From Isurus oxyrinchus (lineage: Eukaryota): 64,000 bases of DNA. The DNA lies in the NCBI GenBank assembly GCA_026770705.1, contig JANJGN010000026.1:40238001-40302000 (forward strand), written 5' to 3'. Numbering within the stretch: the first letter of the stretch is position 1; every line of letters starts with the position of its first letter. Under the pieces are notes generated by a model. It made no database searches, was not told where the DNA came from, and saw only the letters and a program-made list of their open reading frames with translations. Both the position numbers and the translations under genes were made by a program. Below are positions 1 to 11,600 of the stretch, in pieces.

Positions 1-33
1 AGTTAAAGGTGCAGCGGAGAAGGGCAGTGAACA

Positions 34-72
34 AGATATTGTACGGCCTGATCCGCTCTATGTCTCACTGTG
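34..72 (-). other. 23-RSS of V F1
   Basis: CACAGTG (72-66), 23-nt spacer, ACAATATCT (42-34). Confidence 0.85.
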
Positions 73-501
73 TCTGCTTCACGCAGTGATAGATTCCGGC
101 GTCCTGGACGGCTGTGTTGTCTATAGATATGGTGTTGAAATTCTTCACTCGATCAAAGAACAATGCGGAGCGTCCTTCTGTCCGCTCTCCTGATATTAGG
201 AGCCAGTAAGTGTCGGAGCCCCTGACAGTGTTTGCCTGTACCAGGCTACTGTATGACCAGAGCCAATAGAGAGCCGACAGCTCATTTCAACCCGTTCCCC
301 TTCCCGACACACCACCTGCTCAGGGTGGGAGCTCTGATCCTCAAACTGAACGACTGTAAACAGAGGGAAAATTCCACAAACTACGACAGGGTATTAAGAG
401 ATTGGTTAGACAATGCATCTGACTAGGTAAATAAACTCACACAATATCCAGAGCATCAGGGACCCTATTGTAAACAGGCCTTTGCAGGGGTTTCTGTTCA
501 T
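73..501 (-). pseudogene. TCR alpha/delta-type V pseudogene (family F, copy 1): leader exon 441-501, V exon 73-353
   Basis: Leader MNRNPCKGLFTIGSLMLWIL|gtgag. V exon VQFEDQSSHPEQVVCREGERVEMSCRLSIGSGHTVAWYRQTLSGAP, then a frameshift, then TYWLLISGERTEGRSALFFDRVKNFNTISIDNTAVQDAGIYHCVKQ. Followed by an RSS. Confidence 0.88.
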
Positions 502-1473
502 GATGACGAAGATGAACAAAAGGCGGATCCATCAGGGTCTGATTTCCAAGCTGGAACTTGCTGCCGAGCCCAGGGTTCACTATGGTGGAGAGGAGGGGGA
601 GAGCGAGAGCTTCACATCCTCCGCTTATAGTGAATGACTGATGAGTGATTTTCTCACCAATCGACTTATTATTGGTTGCTGTCATCAGGCGTCATTCAGT
701 GCATCACGCAGGGACTGGCTGTCTCAATGCAGAGAACTCTTGACCAGTCACTGGGAATGAATTTTTCCTTCTCTTTACAACAATAGATTATTTTATTTAG
801 GTTGATTGGATCTCTGGGGTATTTTTAACGTCAGTGGTCATCGCTGGCTCAAAATCATTTAATTTAGCAGGGTTGTTTGCTGGTTCCTCATTGCCTGTAA
901 ATAATTTTACTCCTTTGCCTTTAAATCCACATTTGCTTCATATTTGCTTTCTGTACCAGTGCAGTTTATATTTACCACGCCGCCTCAATGCTCTTTGGAC
1001 ACTATGGTTTCATTGAATGAGACAAACGTAAACTACATTTCCTGATTGACTTTCACTCCGATATCAATGAGAGAACTCCAGGCTGACATTCACGCCGCCT
1101 GGAAGTGTTTACGCGTAACTGTGCGCTTGCCGAATTTGTGCAATCCTGTATTCACCCCACTGTTCCGCGTTTTACTGCGGAGGGAATGTTTCCTTTAAGG
1201 GGAGATTGACCCACCAGACATCAAGACCAACAAGATAAAAATATCAGAATGTTGGAGGTAATCAGAGAAACCAACTGTCTGCAGCTCTCCTTGATTGGTG
1301 GGGAACTGTCATTATCTCCAACAGACCAGCCAATCCTCTCTCGGGTAACCACTCCTCTATTTCTAAAAAAGTGAGATCTGATCCTGATCTGGGTTGCACT
1401 TTAATATCAGACCAGAGGGATCAACATATTTAGAATAACCTGTGGTTTTCTGTTGCGCTCGATACCAGGCACC

Positions 1474-1950
1474 ATGTGCTCCCCATGTTCGTTACTGATA
1501 ATGATGCACTTGCTGCCTGGTCACTCTATGTCTACATTGTCAGTGTGTTTACAGGGGTTATATTTCCTCACTGACTTTTGAAAAATTCTGCATTTGTGTT
1601 ACGGGAACGAGTGGCGCGGATTCAGTGTCCCAAGATCCGTCTGAATGAATGATTCTGGAAGGACAGAGCATAGCATTGGACTGCAGTTACTCGACAACCG
1701 ACCCTGCCCAAACTCTGTCCTGGTACAACCAGCATCCTGGCGAAGCTCCGAGATATTTACTGAAAATATAAAGTTGGGGGATGAAGAGTAGTCTCCAAAC
1801 TTAACAGACAGGTTCTTTGCTGATTTGCACATAGGAAACAAAACTGTTCATTTAAATTTCTCCGGGGCTCTTCTCTCCGACAGCGCCGTGTATTTCTGTG
1901 CCAATGAACCCAAACTGCAAAAGAGATATAGCAGGTCCGGAGCAAAAACC
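1474..1950 (+). pseudogene. TRAV-type pseudogene (family A) with degenerate RSS
   Basis: Leader MCSPCSLLIMMHLLP; acceptor mutated (ttacgg). V reads GADSVSQDPSE*MILEGQSIALDCSYSTTDPAQTLSWYNQHPGEAPRYLLKI*...DRFFADLHIGNKTVHLNFSGALLSDSAVYFCA. RSS CAAACTG...GCAAAAACC (1942-1950). Confidence 0.9.
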
Positions 1951-2844
1951 CCACTGGGAATTCCAGTTTGTGCTCAGCAGAGGGCGCTCACACACCGCGA
2001 AACAGTAGCAATAAAGCATTCCCCACAGTGAGGGTCACAGGACTTCCTAAAAGATGCATTAAGAACATCAACGTTAGCGGAATTATATTAGCTGATTTCA
2101 ACTCCAGCTTGTGCCACAATCGATTTTCATAAATGTATTTGATTACTTTCATTAACTTGTTGCCTTTTGATGCCATTTCTGTGCCTGTCTATTATATTGA
2201 ACAACCCTTTCCCCGTCTCCCCTGTCGGTTTCATCGTCCGCGGCCCGTTCACAGGGTTTGTTTGATCAGAGTGTGTTGCTGGGTCGGAGACAGTTTATAC
2301 ACAACGAGCGCAGCTCACCAGGCAGTAACTATGATCTCTAAAACAAATCTCAGGTACAGAGTTCACCCGCTGACCACTGAGCTTCAGAATGTTCCCTTAA
2401 TGCTGGAAGCTTTTCTGTCGCTATTAAAATCCCGAGCTTTCTGGTGATAATGAACAGAGCAAAGTTTAATTCCACCCACACCTGTCTCGAAAAGTGCAGC
2501 TGACCACCGAAGGATCTCACAGACCCATGGAGACAGAAGGAAGTGAGATGAAAGCTACCTGAGACATAGCAACAATCTATTGAGGGTGGGGATTAGAAGA
2601 GGTAAGTCCAAATCTGATTCTGTGATGATATGCCGGTCGAATGGACTCTGCAGTTTGTTCTGTTGGCCGCTCCTGAAAACAGTTGGTGACAGTTTGATCC
2701 GAGGTTAATGTGGTTTTCTTTCGGTTTGTGTCTAAGCGACTGACTGCGCCGCTGAACATTGTGGCTGTACCTGCCCGAGACTCGATACAACCCTCAACAG
2801 ACAGGGATTCCCAGAATGGAATGAATGGAGTTTCACGAAGAAGG

Positions 2845-3100
2845 ACATACATATTGAGAAGTGATCTAATGATGAGGAGCGGACTGAAATGGTTACGCAG
2901 GATGGTTCTTCTCTCTGAATGCTGCAGCCCCAGAAATCCTCTGTCAGAGCAGAAATACTGAGCCCCGCCCCACTGAACTGCTGACCCAAACAATGCCAAC
3001 CAGAACAGAGGCAGCAACCGGTCCAATAATAGAGGGCAGGCAAGGCGGGTCAGAGAGACGGCTGCAAACGGGAAGCTGTGGGCGGTGCTACAGCAGACTG
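2845..3100 (-). pseudogene. Orphan V promoter and leader (paralogue of 4217-4450), V exon absent
   Basis: CTG-RNHFSPLLIIRSLL followed by gtatgt aligns with leader MGNRLAPLLIIISLL at 4217-4262, and the upstream flank aligns too. No V exon follows. Confidence 0.7.
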
Positions 3101-3723
3101 TTATCACACATCGGACCCACTTGTCAGGAGCTGAAATCAATAATAACAATAATACCACGGTCGAAAATGATGTAACTCTGTCTCTCTATGAGAACTGCTG
3201 TACTTTCACATTCATTCCATACTGGGCAGAACAGGGTGAATACAGGCATGTCAGGATGAGTAAGTTATTCAGTAATAAAGGGAATCCACGTTAGCAACCT
3301 CGGATAAAACTGGGCCTGAATCTATGGGCAGCTGCGTTAGTCTGAGGTAATTTACAACAATTATCAATGGCCTGAAACGTTTAATGTAAAGACTGGAAGA
3401 AGAGAATGGCTGAAATTATTCGTAACGAGTGAAGGCAGAGACTGAGAAAGAACAAGTCGGCAGTGAAGGGCATCCAAGGAAAAGAAAGGTGTGTGAAAGC
3501 ACCACAGATTGATTCACGATGTTCATTTTTCTTATATGCTCGAGTTGAAATCGCATGATGATATTACTACTGAAGTGGTCATTGTCGGATCTTGGAGGGG
3601 GTTGTGTTTTGTTGCAATTTTGCGATGGTCCCTGAGACTCTCGCTGTGGAGGCGGGATTATTTAATCTGTTTATTGGTGTCAGAGCACCTTCTGCTGAGC
3701 ACTAACTGGAACTCTCGGTGTTA

Positions 3724-3763
3724 GGTTTTTGTACTGGATCCGTTATATCTCTGCAGCAGTGTG
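3724..3763 (-). other. RSS of V H1
   Basis: CACACTG, 24-nt spacer, consensus ACAAAAACC (or CACTGCT with a 22-nt spacer). Confidence 0.85.
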
Positions 3764-4262
3764 GGTTGCGTGGCACAGAAATAGACCGCACTGTCAGAGA
3801 TCAGGACGTTGCAGATCATTAGCTCGGTAATCTTAGCTGTTTTATTCAACGTAGCTGAAAAGCGGTCGGGAATGTCGGTGTGTCTGTATACCTCCCCTCC
3901 CAGGATATGGAGCATGTACTTTGGAGGCTGCCCAAGGCGCTGACTGTACCAGTACACATAAGGGTTAGAATCGCTTGTTTTCAAGGTGCAAGTTAGGGTA
4001 GCATTTCTTTCTTCTTCCGCCGTTATTTCAGCAACCCGTTGTTCCACTGTGTCTGGGTGGCTCCATTCTAACGTGAAAATATAGTAAAAACAACAATTAG
4101 CCTCAGCCTCATTTTAATCAACATAATCATCATCATCAGTTTTTTCTTACCAACAATAGCATCTGGGCTACATTGTCAGGAGGAGAATCTAGTTTTTCCA
4201 GGAAGGAAATACTTACTGAGAAGTGAGATAATGATGAGGAGCGGAGCGAGACGGTTCCCCAT
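3764..4262 (-). CDS. TRAV: Intact TCR alpha-type V gene segment (family H): leader exon 4217-4262, V exon 3764-4067
   Basis: MGNRLAPLLIIISLL|gtaagt...ttag|(K)WSHPDTVEQRVAEITAEEERNATLTCTLKTSDSNPYVYWYSQRLGQPPKYMLHILGGEVYRHTDIPDRFSATLNKTAKITELMICNVLISDSAVYFCATQ. C23, W41 and C104 present, phase-1 splice in frame, no stops. Confidence 0.9.
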
Positions 4263-5312
4263 TATACCTCCTGAGTCTGTGATTTTGCAGTGTGAGAAAT
4301 CCTCTATCGGAGCAGAAATACAGATCCCAGTCCCACTGCACTGCTGATCCAACCAATGACAGGAAAGGACCAGCTGCAGCAAACTTTCCAATAACACAAT
4401 CGTTCTGAGCAAAATCAGCAAACGGAAGCTGTGGGTGGGATACCGCAGACTCAGTATTGAGTGAAGTGTGCGGTGACTCTCAGCTGCACATGGAACTGGT
4501 GGAGCGGAAATAGCGACGGTTGAATCTGCAGAATTCTCTGACCATCCTGCACCTGCTCACTGTTCCACTGACTGAGAACAAACAAGATGGGAGGGACAGG
4601 AAGGGCTTAGAATCTTAGAGGAAGGACTGAGGCAATTCGGCCAATCATGTCTAGGCCTCATTGAAAGAGTTATGTAATTCATCTTTCGTCCCCACATGTC
4701 CCACAGAGCCGGATATTTTGCAGTGGTTCCAGCTCTAAACAAGTGGCAGTGTAGTAGTGAATATAATCTTTCCCTATCTTTTTTGTTCTCAAAATGGTGG
4801 CCTTGTATTTTCGAATTTTCTGCTAATGGAAACAGTTATATGCAATCCAGTACATCCAACTTCTTATCATTTTCAATATTTCGATTAAATGTGTCCTTTA
4901 ATAATTTGGCAGAAGAAGGCTAACATCAGTTTCTCTAGCCTTCTCACATTGAAGGCCGTCAGCCCTGGCGCCATCCCAGTCTACTTTCTCCAATATTTTG
5001 ATATTCATGTAAATGGCATTTCTTTGGCGGCTAAACAGTGATTTACAAAGGATTATCATTACTTTCCGCCATAAACATCAACAAAGATAAGGACCGAGTC
5101 TGATTAGATCCAATTTGGATTTCTGAGAGAACAGACCTGACATTGGTGTTTTGACATGCGAATCAGTAAACCCGAAATCCACCCGATGGCCCCAGTTCTC
5201 AACCGGATTGAACAGAATCCGCCAGCAGAGGGCGCCACACCCAAGCGTGCTAATTATAAAGGCACGTGTCACCAACGCCACAGCCAATAAGGATGGTATC
5301 CTGAGTGAGGTC

Positions 5313-5600
5313 TCTCAGGGTAAGGGGTCGCGAATTTAAGACAGACATGAAGAGAAATTTCTTCTCTCAGAGGATGGTGAATCTGTGGAATTGTTTAGCA
5401 CAGAGGGCTGAAGAGGCTGGCTCGTTAAATATATCCAAGGCTGAGATGGACAGACGTTTAATCACTAAGGGAATCAAAGGTTATGGGGAAAAGGTAGGAA
5501 AGCAGAGGTGCGGATTATCAGATCAGCCATGCCCTAATTGAATGGCGGAGAAGGCTCGATGGGCCGAATGGCCTACTTCTGCTCTTATGGTTTTTTGGTC
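5313..5600 (+). mobile_element. CR1-type LINE 3' fragment inserted in the promoter of V C1
   Basis: Encodes FKTDMKRNFFSQRMVNLWN, the C-terminal motif of CR1 ORF2. Absent at the equivalent position of the paralogous promoter near 47700-47730. Confidence 0.85.
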
Positions 5601-5725
5601 GCGATGGGCCTGGCCCCCTGCAGTGTGTGGAATGAACAATGAGATGAACAGAGCCCGGGTTTCACCTCTCCTTCTCAATCTCTGGATCATTCCATTCACA
5701 TTCACTGAGGGAGATTCACTCAGAC

Positions 5726-6222
5726 GTGTTTCTGATAATACTGGCATTTGTGTTCGACAGTAAGTACTGGATTATGTTTATCATGGCAGGTTAGCAGATT
5801 GATCCAAACAGCTTGTACTGGGAATTAATGTAGGTAACGATAGTTTGGTAAATGGGAAATTACGCACACTCATAGACCTGATACAAATTTAGGCCTCTCT
5901 TTAAGCTCCTGCTCTTTTCTTAATCTATCTTCACAGACGGACTTGTCCAGATCCAGTAACTCATTCACCAGTGACATTAACTGCGCTAGTTATGTACAGT
6001 ATACAATGGTATCGGCAGAAGCCGGCACACCCTTCATGTTCGGTAATCAGCAAACAAATAGGACTGAAAATAGATGAAATCTCAGGACGATATCTGGCGG
6101 CTGCTCACGAGTCTAAGAAGTCTGGTTATCTCAGTATAAGAGGCCTGAGTGTGGAGGACGGAGCAGACTATAGTTGTGCTGTGAGGCCGTGTCAGATATA
6201 AGCCGAAAACCCGCACAGAAAC
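5726..6222 (+). pseudogene. TRAV-type pseudogene (family C, copy 1)
   Basis: Leader starts with GTG (5726-5759|gtaagt). V exon from 5937 has an internal deletion removing C23, then IQWYRQKP...EISGRYLAAAHESKKSGYLSIRGLSVEDGADYSCAVR. Heptamer lost, nonamer ACAGAAACC kept. Confidence 0.9.
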
Positions 6223-6369
6223 CTCAGCGAGTATTTGCTGCTCAGTTAAGTGTTTCTGATGTCGAACTAGGACTTTAGTTTGTTCCCGGGCTCACAGAGA
6301 GCAAAACCTGACAGGTTTGCTTTGAAACATTTGTATTGCTGCCTTTGGCCTTGTCGAAATCAGCAGACA

Positions 6370-6700
6370 GCCGACCTGGAAAATTTTGAATCTCGGCTCC
6401 ATGGCCCGAGTTATAACTCTTCAGTAAATATCTCGGAGCTTACCCAGCAAATTGATGTACCAGCAGATGCAGAGAAAGCTCACAGATATGGAGTAACTAT
6501 GGCTGATCATTACGGTCTGTTGTTACACACAGTTAACTCAAAGGGATCCAGGGACAATTGCTCGACAATACTCATTGCTGTAACAAAACAAAGGGTGTCA
6601 AAATCTGGGATTGAATTTAACACATGAAATAGACAACAATTCTTTAAATATTGAATCACCAAGCAGCATGTCCATTATCAAAAAGCACCATAGAGGGCAC
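6370..6700 (-). pseudogene. Decayed family-A V relic, tail-to-tail with V C1
   Basis: Minus strand retains tggtacatcaa...gctccgagatatttactgaagag (WYIx...APRYLLK) and a ttttgttacag acceptor. Confidence 0.65.
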
Positions 6701-6749
6701 TTGCTGCCTGGTATAGACTTCAACAGAAAGTAACTAAATTTCAAACGAA

Positions 6750-7875
6750 TGTTGAGGTGAGTGGGTGAGGTGACATCAGGGCAGCAGTTGACTAAGTGTG
6801 GCATCAAGGAGCAGTAGCAATACGGGCGTCAATGGGAATCAGGAAGGAAACACTCCGCTGGTTGGAGTCGTACCAAGCAGAAAGGAAGATGGTTGTGGTT
6901 GTTGCTGGATGATCACTGCAGGAGTTCCTAACGTAGAGTCCTCGGCCCAACCGTCTTCAGCTGCTTCATCAATGACTTTCCTTCCATCATAAGGTGAGGA
7001 GTGGGGGTGTTCGCTGATGATAGCATAATGTTCAGCACCATTCGTGACTCCTCAGATACTGAAGCAGACCATATTCAAATGCAGCAAGACCTGGACAATA
7101 TCCAGGCTTGGACTGACAAGTGGTAAGTAACATTCGCACCACACAAGTGCCAGGCAATCACGATCTCCAGCAAGAGAGAATCCAACCATTGTCCCTTGAT
7201 GTTCAATGGCATTACAATCACTGAGCCCCCAGTATGAATATCCCGGGGGTTACCATTGACCAGAAACTGAACTGCACTGGCCATATAAATACAGTGGCTA
7301 AAAGAACAGACCAGGGTCTAGGAATCCTGCGGCAAGTAACTCACCTCCTGACTCCCTGTCCACCATCTACTAGACACAAGTCAGAAGTGTGATGGAATGC
7401 TCACCCATTGCCTGGATGTGTGCAGCTCCCACAGCATTAAAGAAGCTTGACACCGTCCAGGACAAAGCAACCCACTTTATTGGCACCCCATCCACAATCA
7501 TTCACCCCCTCCACAACCGACGAACAGTTGCAGCTGTGTGTACCATCTCCAAGATGCACTGCAGGAATTCACCAAGGCTGCTTAGGTAGCACCTTCCAAA
7601 CCCTCGAATACTACCATCTAGAAGGACAAGGGCAGTAAAAACATGGGAACAGCAGCATCTGGGAATTTCCCCTCCAAGGAATTCACCATCCTGACCTGGA
7701 AATATATCGCTGTTCCTTCACTGCCGCTGGGTCAAAGCCCTGGAACTCGTTCCTTAACAGCACTGTGGGTGTACCTACACCACGGACTGCAACGGTTCAA
7801 GAAGGCAGCTCACCAGCATTTTCTCAAGGGGAATTAGGGATGCGCAATGCATTTTGGCCTGGCCAGCATCCTGTA
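6750..7875 (+). mobile_element. CR1/L2-clade LINE 3' portion (decayed reverse transcriptase and 3' tail)
   Basis: Decayed DIKAAFDxVWH, GVPxGSVLGP and FADD motifs; MECSPIAWM...KKLDTVQDKA; tail aagggcaattagggatg. Homologous copies at 27340 and 61735. Confidence 0.85.
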
Positions 7876-8699
7876 AAATGAACAAAAGTCACAACTTAGC
7901 GTCGTTCAAGGTAATACTATAATGGAAAGTACAGTCTAGCAGAAGATAACGGATCTGGATAATGGATGTATGAAATATTGCTGTCAGAAATAGTGATCAC
8001 GCTCACATGTGGGAAAAAGTAAGATATCCAAGGGTACAATCCCTAAAGTGCAGCTCAGATTCATGTGTCGGATGCTATCCATTTGTATAAAACAACTGCC
8101 AGAAGATTCAAGCCAAGATAGCCCCCGGCTGAAGGAATCGCCGTTGTGTATCAAACTGAGCCCAGCACCAGTTAAACTGAGCGAGCCAGATTCGAGGCTC
8201 TGGGACTTGTGTTGACAAAGTGAAGCTGAGAGGGAGCTTCGGCATTCATGGTGTCTGAGGTTGAAGGCTGCGAATGCGCCAGACCATCCATTATGTGACG
8301 TACGTCTGTGGTCTGCGTGACATCACCTTGTAATCTTTGTGACATCCAACAATCAGATTGACGTCAGTCGGTCTGGGTTGAGGGTCAGAAACATCTTTCC
8401 AGAAGCTGATCTGGATATTGAGACCTCAGTTTAAGGGAATTAAAAGCTGATCAGAAGCAGGAAAGGCGGTCTAACCTACAGATTCATTTGGTGATGGATC
8501 AGTCAGACGGATCGGAATCTGCAGCTTATTTTCTCGGCCTCTGTTGCAAACAGTTGGTGACAGTTTCTCCGAGGTGAATGCGGTTTCATCTGGGTTCGTG
8601 TTTGAGCGGCTGACAGCGCCGATGAACATTGTGGCTGCACCTGCCCTGGATTCTGTACAAACCCCATCTGGCAGGAGCTGTCAGACAAAGCGCGAAGAA

Positions 8700-9125
8700 C
8701 GGAGATGAGACTGCTTTCCATCATAAACTCCAGCTGTGAGCCTTGATCCTGATCAGCTCTTCAGAGTCCACTTTCTCCGTTCAGAGAGAGGTGTGACTGC
8801 TTGAATGGTGCTGTTGCTATTTTCCTGCCTCGCTGATTGCCTGAAAATATGAGTAAGACTGCCCCTGTAAATGCAACCCGACCGGGACAAGCCAGTACTA
8901 GGATAAAACGTAGTTCACCCCATGTAATATCACAGATTATGCTTAAAGCAGCCACTTCTCTTCCATTTAATCATTCGAGGAGTGACAAAATCTCCATGAC
9001 TTAGATCTGAAATCCGTACGCAAACAGGAAAACCAGACTGGAGGTTGATTAAAATTGAAATATTGGTTCGGATATGAGACGAACTGTGTTTGTTCCATAA
9101 TTACCTTTTCGAAATGCTTCACTTC
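8700..9125 (-). pseudogene. Highly decayed family-D V relic
   Basis: ctaagtcatggagattttgtc, gagaagtggctgctttaagc and gatggaaagcagtctca match the V at 57854-58330. The leader donor gtaatt and the 3' flank also match. Confidence 0.6.
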
Positions 9126-9454
9126 TCCCCCGTCCCCCAGCACCATTTGACCCCAGTTGCTGGGTGGCTACATTGTGCTCGGGGCTTATTTTAAAGGATG
9201 AAAACACAACCTGATGAAATGTCTTCATTTTCTGTACATTGTTTCTGAACCAGCAAAATACTCTCATCAAATAGACACGATGTGCCGGCTTTGACAAAGG
9301 GACCTAGAAGGAGAGAGTGAAGATGGGGATAGGGCTGCTTAAGAGTTCAGACAGGCGAGGAAAAATCATCGAAAGTCTAAATGTGAATTAGCGCAACACA
9401 AATTTATTCATGGAATTCATTTTTAGCATATTTGAAAGTTAAAGCCAACTAATA

Positions 9455-9592
9455 AAAGTTCTGATGAAGAGTCATACGGACTCAAAACTTTAACTGTATT
9501 CTTCTGCGCAGCTGCTGTCAGGCCTGCTGAGTTTTTCCAGGTATTTTTGTTTTTGTTTCAGATTTCCAGCATCCGCAGTATTTTGCTTTTAT
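9455..9592 (+). mobile_element. Short Penelope-terminus-derived element with hammerhead relic
   Basis: ctgatgaagagtcatacggactc...cctgctgagtttttccagg...ccagcatccgcagtattttgcttt matches the termini of the element at 34138-36972. Confidence 0.8.
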
Positions 9593-9769
9593 ACTATAAT
9601 ATAATTCCCCAGTTGCTGCCCGCCCGTTCTTCTTCAGCGCTGCCTTTATTTTGATATTTTATTAAAAGTTTGTGATCCTTTAAGTCCGAGCTATTGCTTC
9701 CGTTTATCGGTGTGAGTGCGCCCTCTTCTGAGCACTAACCGGAACTGGGATCCGCTGTATCTCTGCAGC

Positions 9770-10197
9770 ATGGCACAGAACTATATGGCACTGTCGGAGA
9801 GGAGAACCCCGGCGATATTTAAAGGAATCATTTTATTTCCTTTGTGCAAAACAGCTGAGAACCTGTCTGGGGAATCTGGAGACTTCTCTGCATCCCCCAA
9901 GCGATATATCTTCATTAAATATCTCGGAGCTTCCCCGGGATACTGGATGTACCAGAACAGAGTTGAAACAGCAGCTTTCGAGTAATTACAGTCCAGTTTT
10001 ATGCTCTGTCCTTCCAGAACCGTTAACTCAGGGGGATCTTGGGAAACTGAATCTTTACCATTTGTTCCTGCAACAAAGCACAGAATGTATCAAATATCTG
10101 GGAGTAAAGATAACACAAGTAATGGACACTGACCATTTAAGCATTGACTCACCGGGCAGCAAGCCATTATTAGCAGTAAGGAACATGGGGAATACAG
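9770..10197 (-). pseudogene. TRAV-type pseudogene (family A, copy 2)
   Basis: V exon from 10067: TNGKDSVSQDPPELTVLEGQSIKLDCNYSKAAVSTLFWYIQYPGEAPRYLMKIYRLGDAEKSPDSPDRFSAVLHKGNKMIPLNIAGVLLSDSAI*FCA. Leader lacks ATG and is frameshifted; heptamer and nonamer are deleted. Confidence 0.92.
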
Positions 10198-11249
10198 GAT
10201 GACAGGATTAGAGTTTGGAAGATGTAAGATATAATTGGAAATATGTTGACACTTCTGTTCTGATTGTAAAGACGAAAGTCGGATCAGGGGCAGGCTTCAC
10301 TTATTGAGAAACTTAGGGGTGTGTCCCAGCGACAAGATTGGCTGGTGTCTCAGAACTGATGACAGTTGAGCGCCAATCAATGTTCCCTGTGGACAGATTA
10401 TTTCTTCCGACTTTCTCCTCCCTGTCTTTCTCGGCCTCTCCGGATCATTCTTGGTTTCGTGATCTCTCTGTCTCATTTTGCCTTTCAGTCTCCATGGATC
10501 CATATCCCCTTTCTCTGTTTCTGACCCTTTCTGACAAACACTTTCTCTGCCTCTTTCTGTTTTTCCCGTTTTGCCTGAGGTTCAGAGTGCAGAAAATCCA
10601 ATTTATCCCTGTCTCCCATTTCAATGAGTTCAGAAAAGTGCTCACTTCATAGGAGCAGTTACAGTCGATAAATTATTTAACCGTAGCTCAGAGGCAGCAT
10701 TAAAATTAAAACAGTTATATATAAATCCCAAATATAGCAGGTGCCCTATTGGCATCATTTTTCTGTGTTGATATTTGAGACTCGGCATCCTATTGGAATC
10801 TCAGTTGTTTCAAATTGTTTAAAACAGGCTTATTTTAACCAGTAATGGTTGAGATATTGAAATAAACAATGGAATCGCCAGGATTTAAAATAAAGCTTGA
10901 ATTAGCCCCCGTGTATAAGGTCACCTGCACTAAAATGCATTATATTAACAAGAAGAAGAACGCGAGAAATGTGATATAATCATGTAACAGTATCGTGTTC
11001 CTTTATCTGGAGCTCCCTGGTCGTCTCTGTGCGTTTATTGCAGCGGGTATGGGCACGATAACATGGTGTTTATGAGACTGATCTCGTAATCCAGGAGGTC
11101 AAGTAGCTCTCGGAAATCATCCTTTCCCTATTACGTGCAACATTATGTTATTTTTCTTTCCCTTCCTAGAATTCCTGCTTCCATTTAGAATATTGTTCAT
11201 CTTGCTGCATATGTTCCCATTACTGAACCTTCATCTTTTTATTTAATCA

Positions 11250-11600
11250 TTGATGAGATGTGGGCATCGCTGGCAAGCCAGAATTTATTGCTTATCCCTA
11301 ATTGCCCTTGTTGAGAGGGAATTTATGAATCAACTGCATTGTTGCAGGTCTGGAGTCACATATAGGCCAGACCAGGTAAGGGCAGCAGACTTCCTTCCCT
11401 AAAGGACATAGTGAACCAGATGGGTTTTTTCTGACAATCAACAATGGTTTCATGGTCATCATTAGACGTTTGATTCAAGAATTTTTTATTGAATTCAAAT
11501 TCCACCATCTGCCATAGCGAGGTTCTAACCCGCATCCTCAGAGCATCACCAGGGGAGACCCTCGTCCTCTGGATTACTCGTTCAGCGACTACGCCATCGC
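11250..11600 (-). mobile_element. tRNA-derived SINE with LINE-like 3' tail
   Basis: Reverse copy of 46490-46820 (ccttccctaaaggacatagtgaaccagatggg; gcttatccctaattgcccttg). Confidence 0.8.

Noticed and set aside
2577-3158. 193-aa ORF
   Set aside because: Chance frame across an orphan promoter, leader and V 3' flank
6750-7875. Short ORFs in LINE fragments as host genes
   Set aside because: They are frameshifted pieces of multi-copy retrotransposon ORF2
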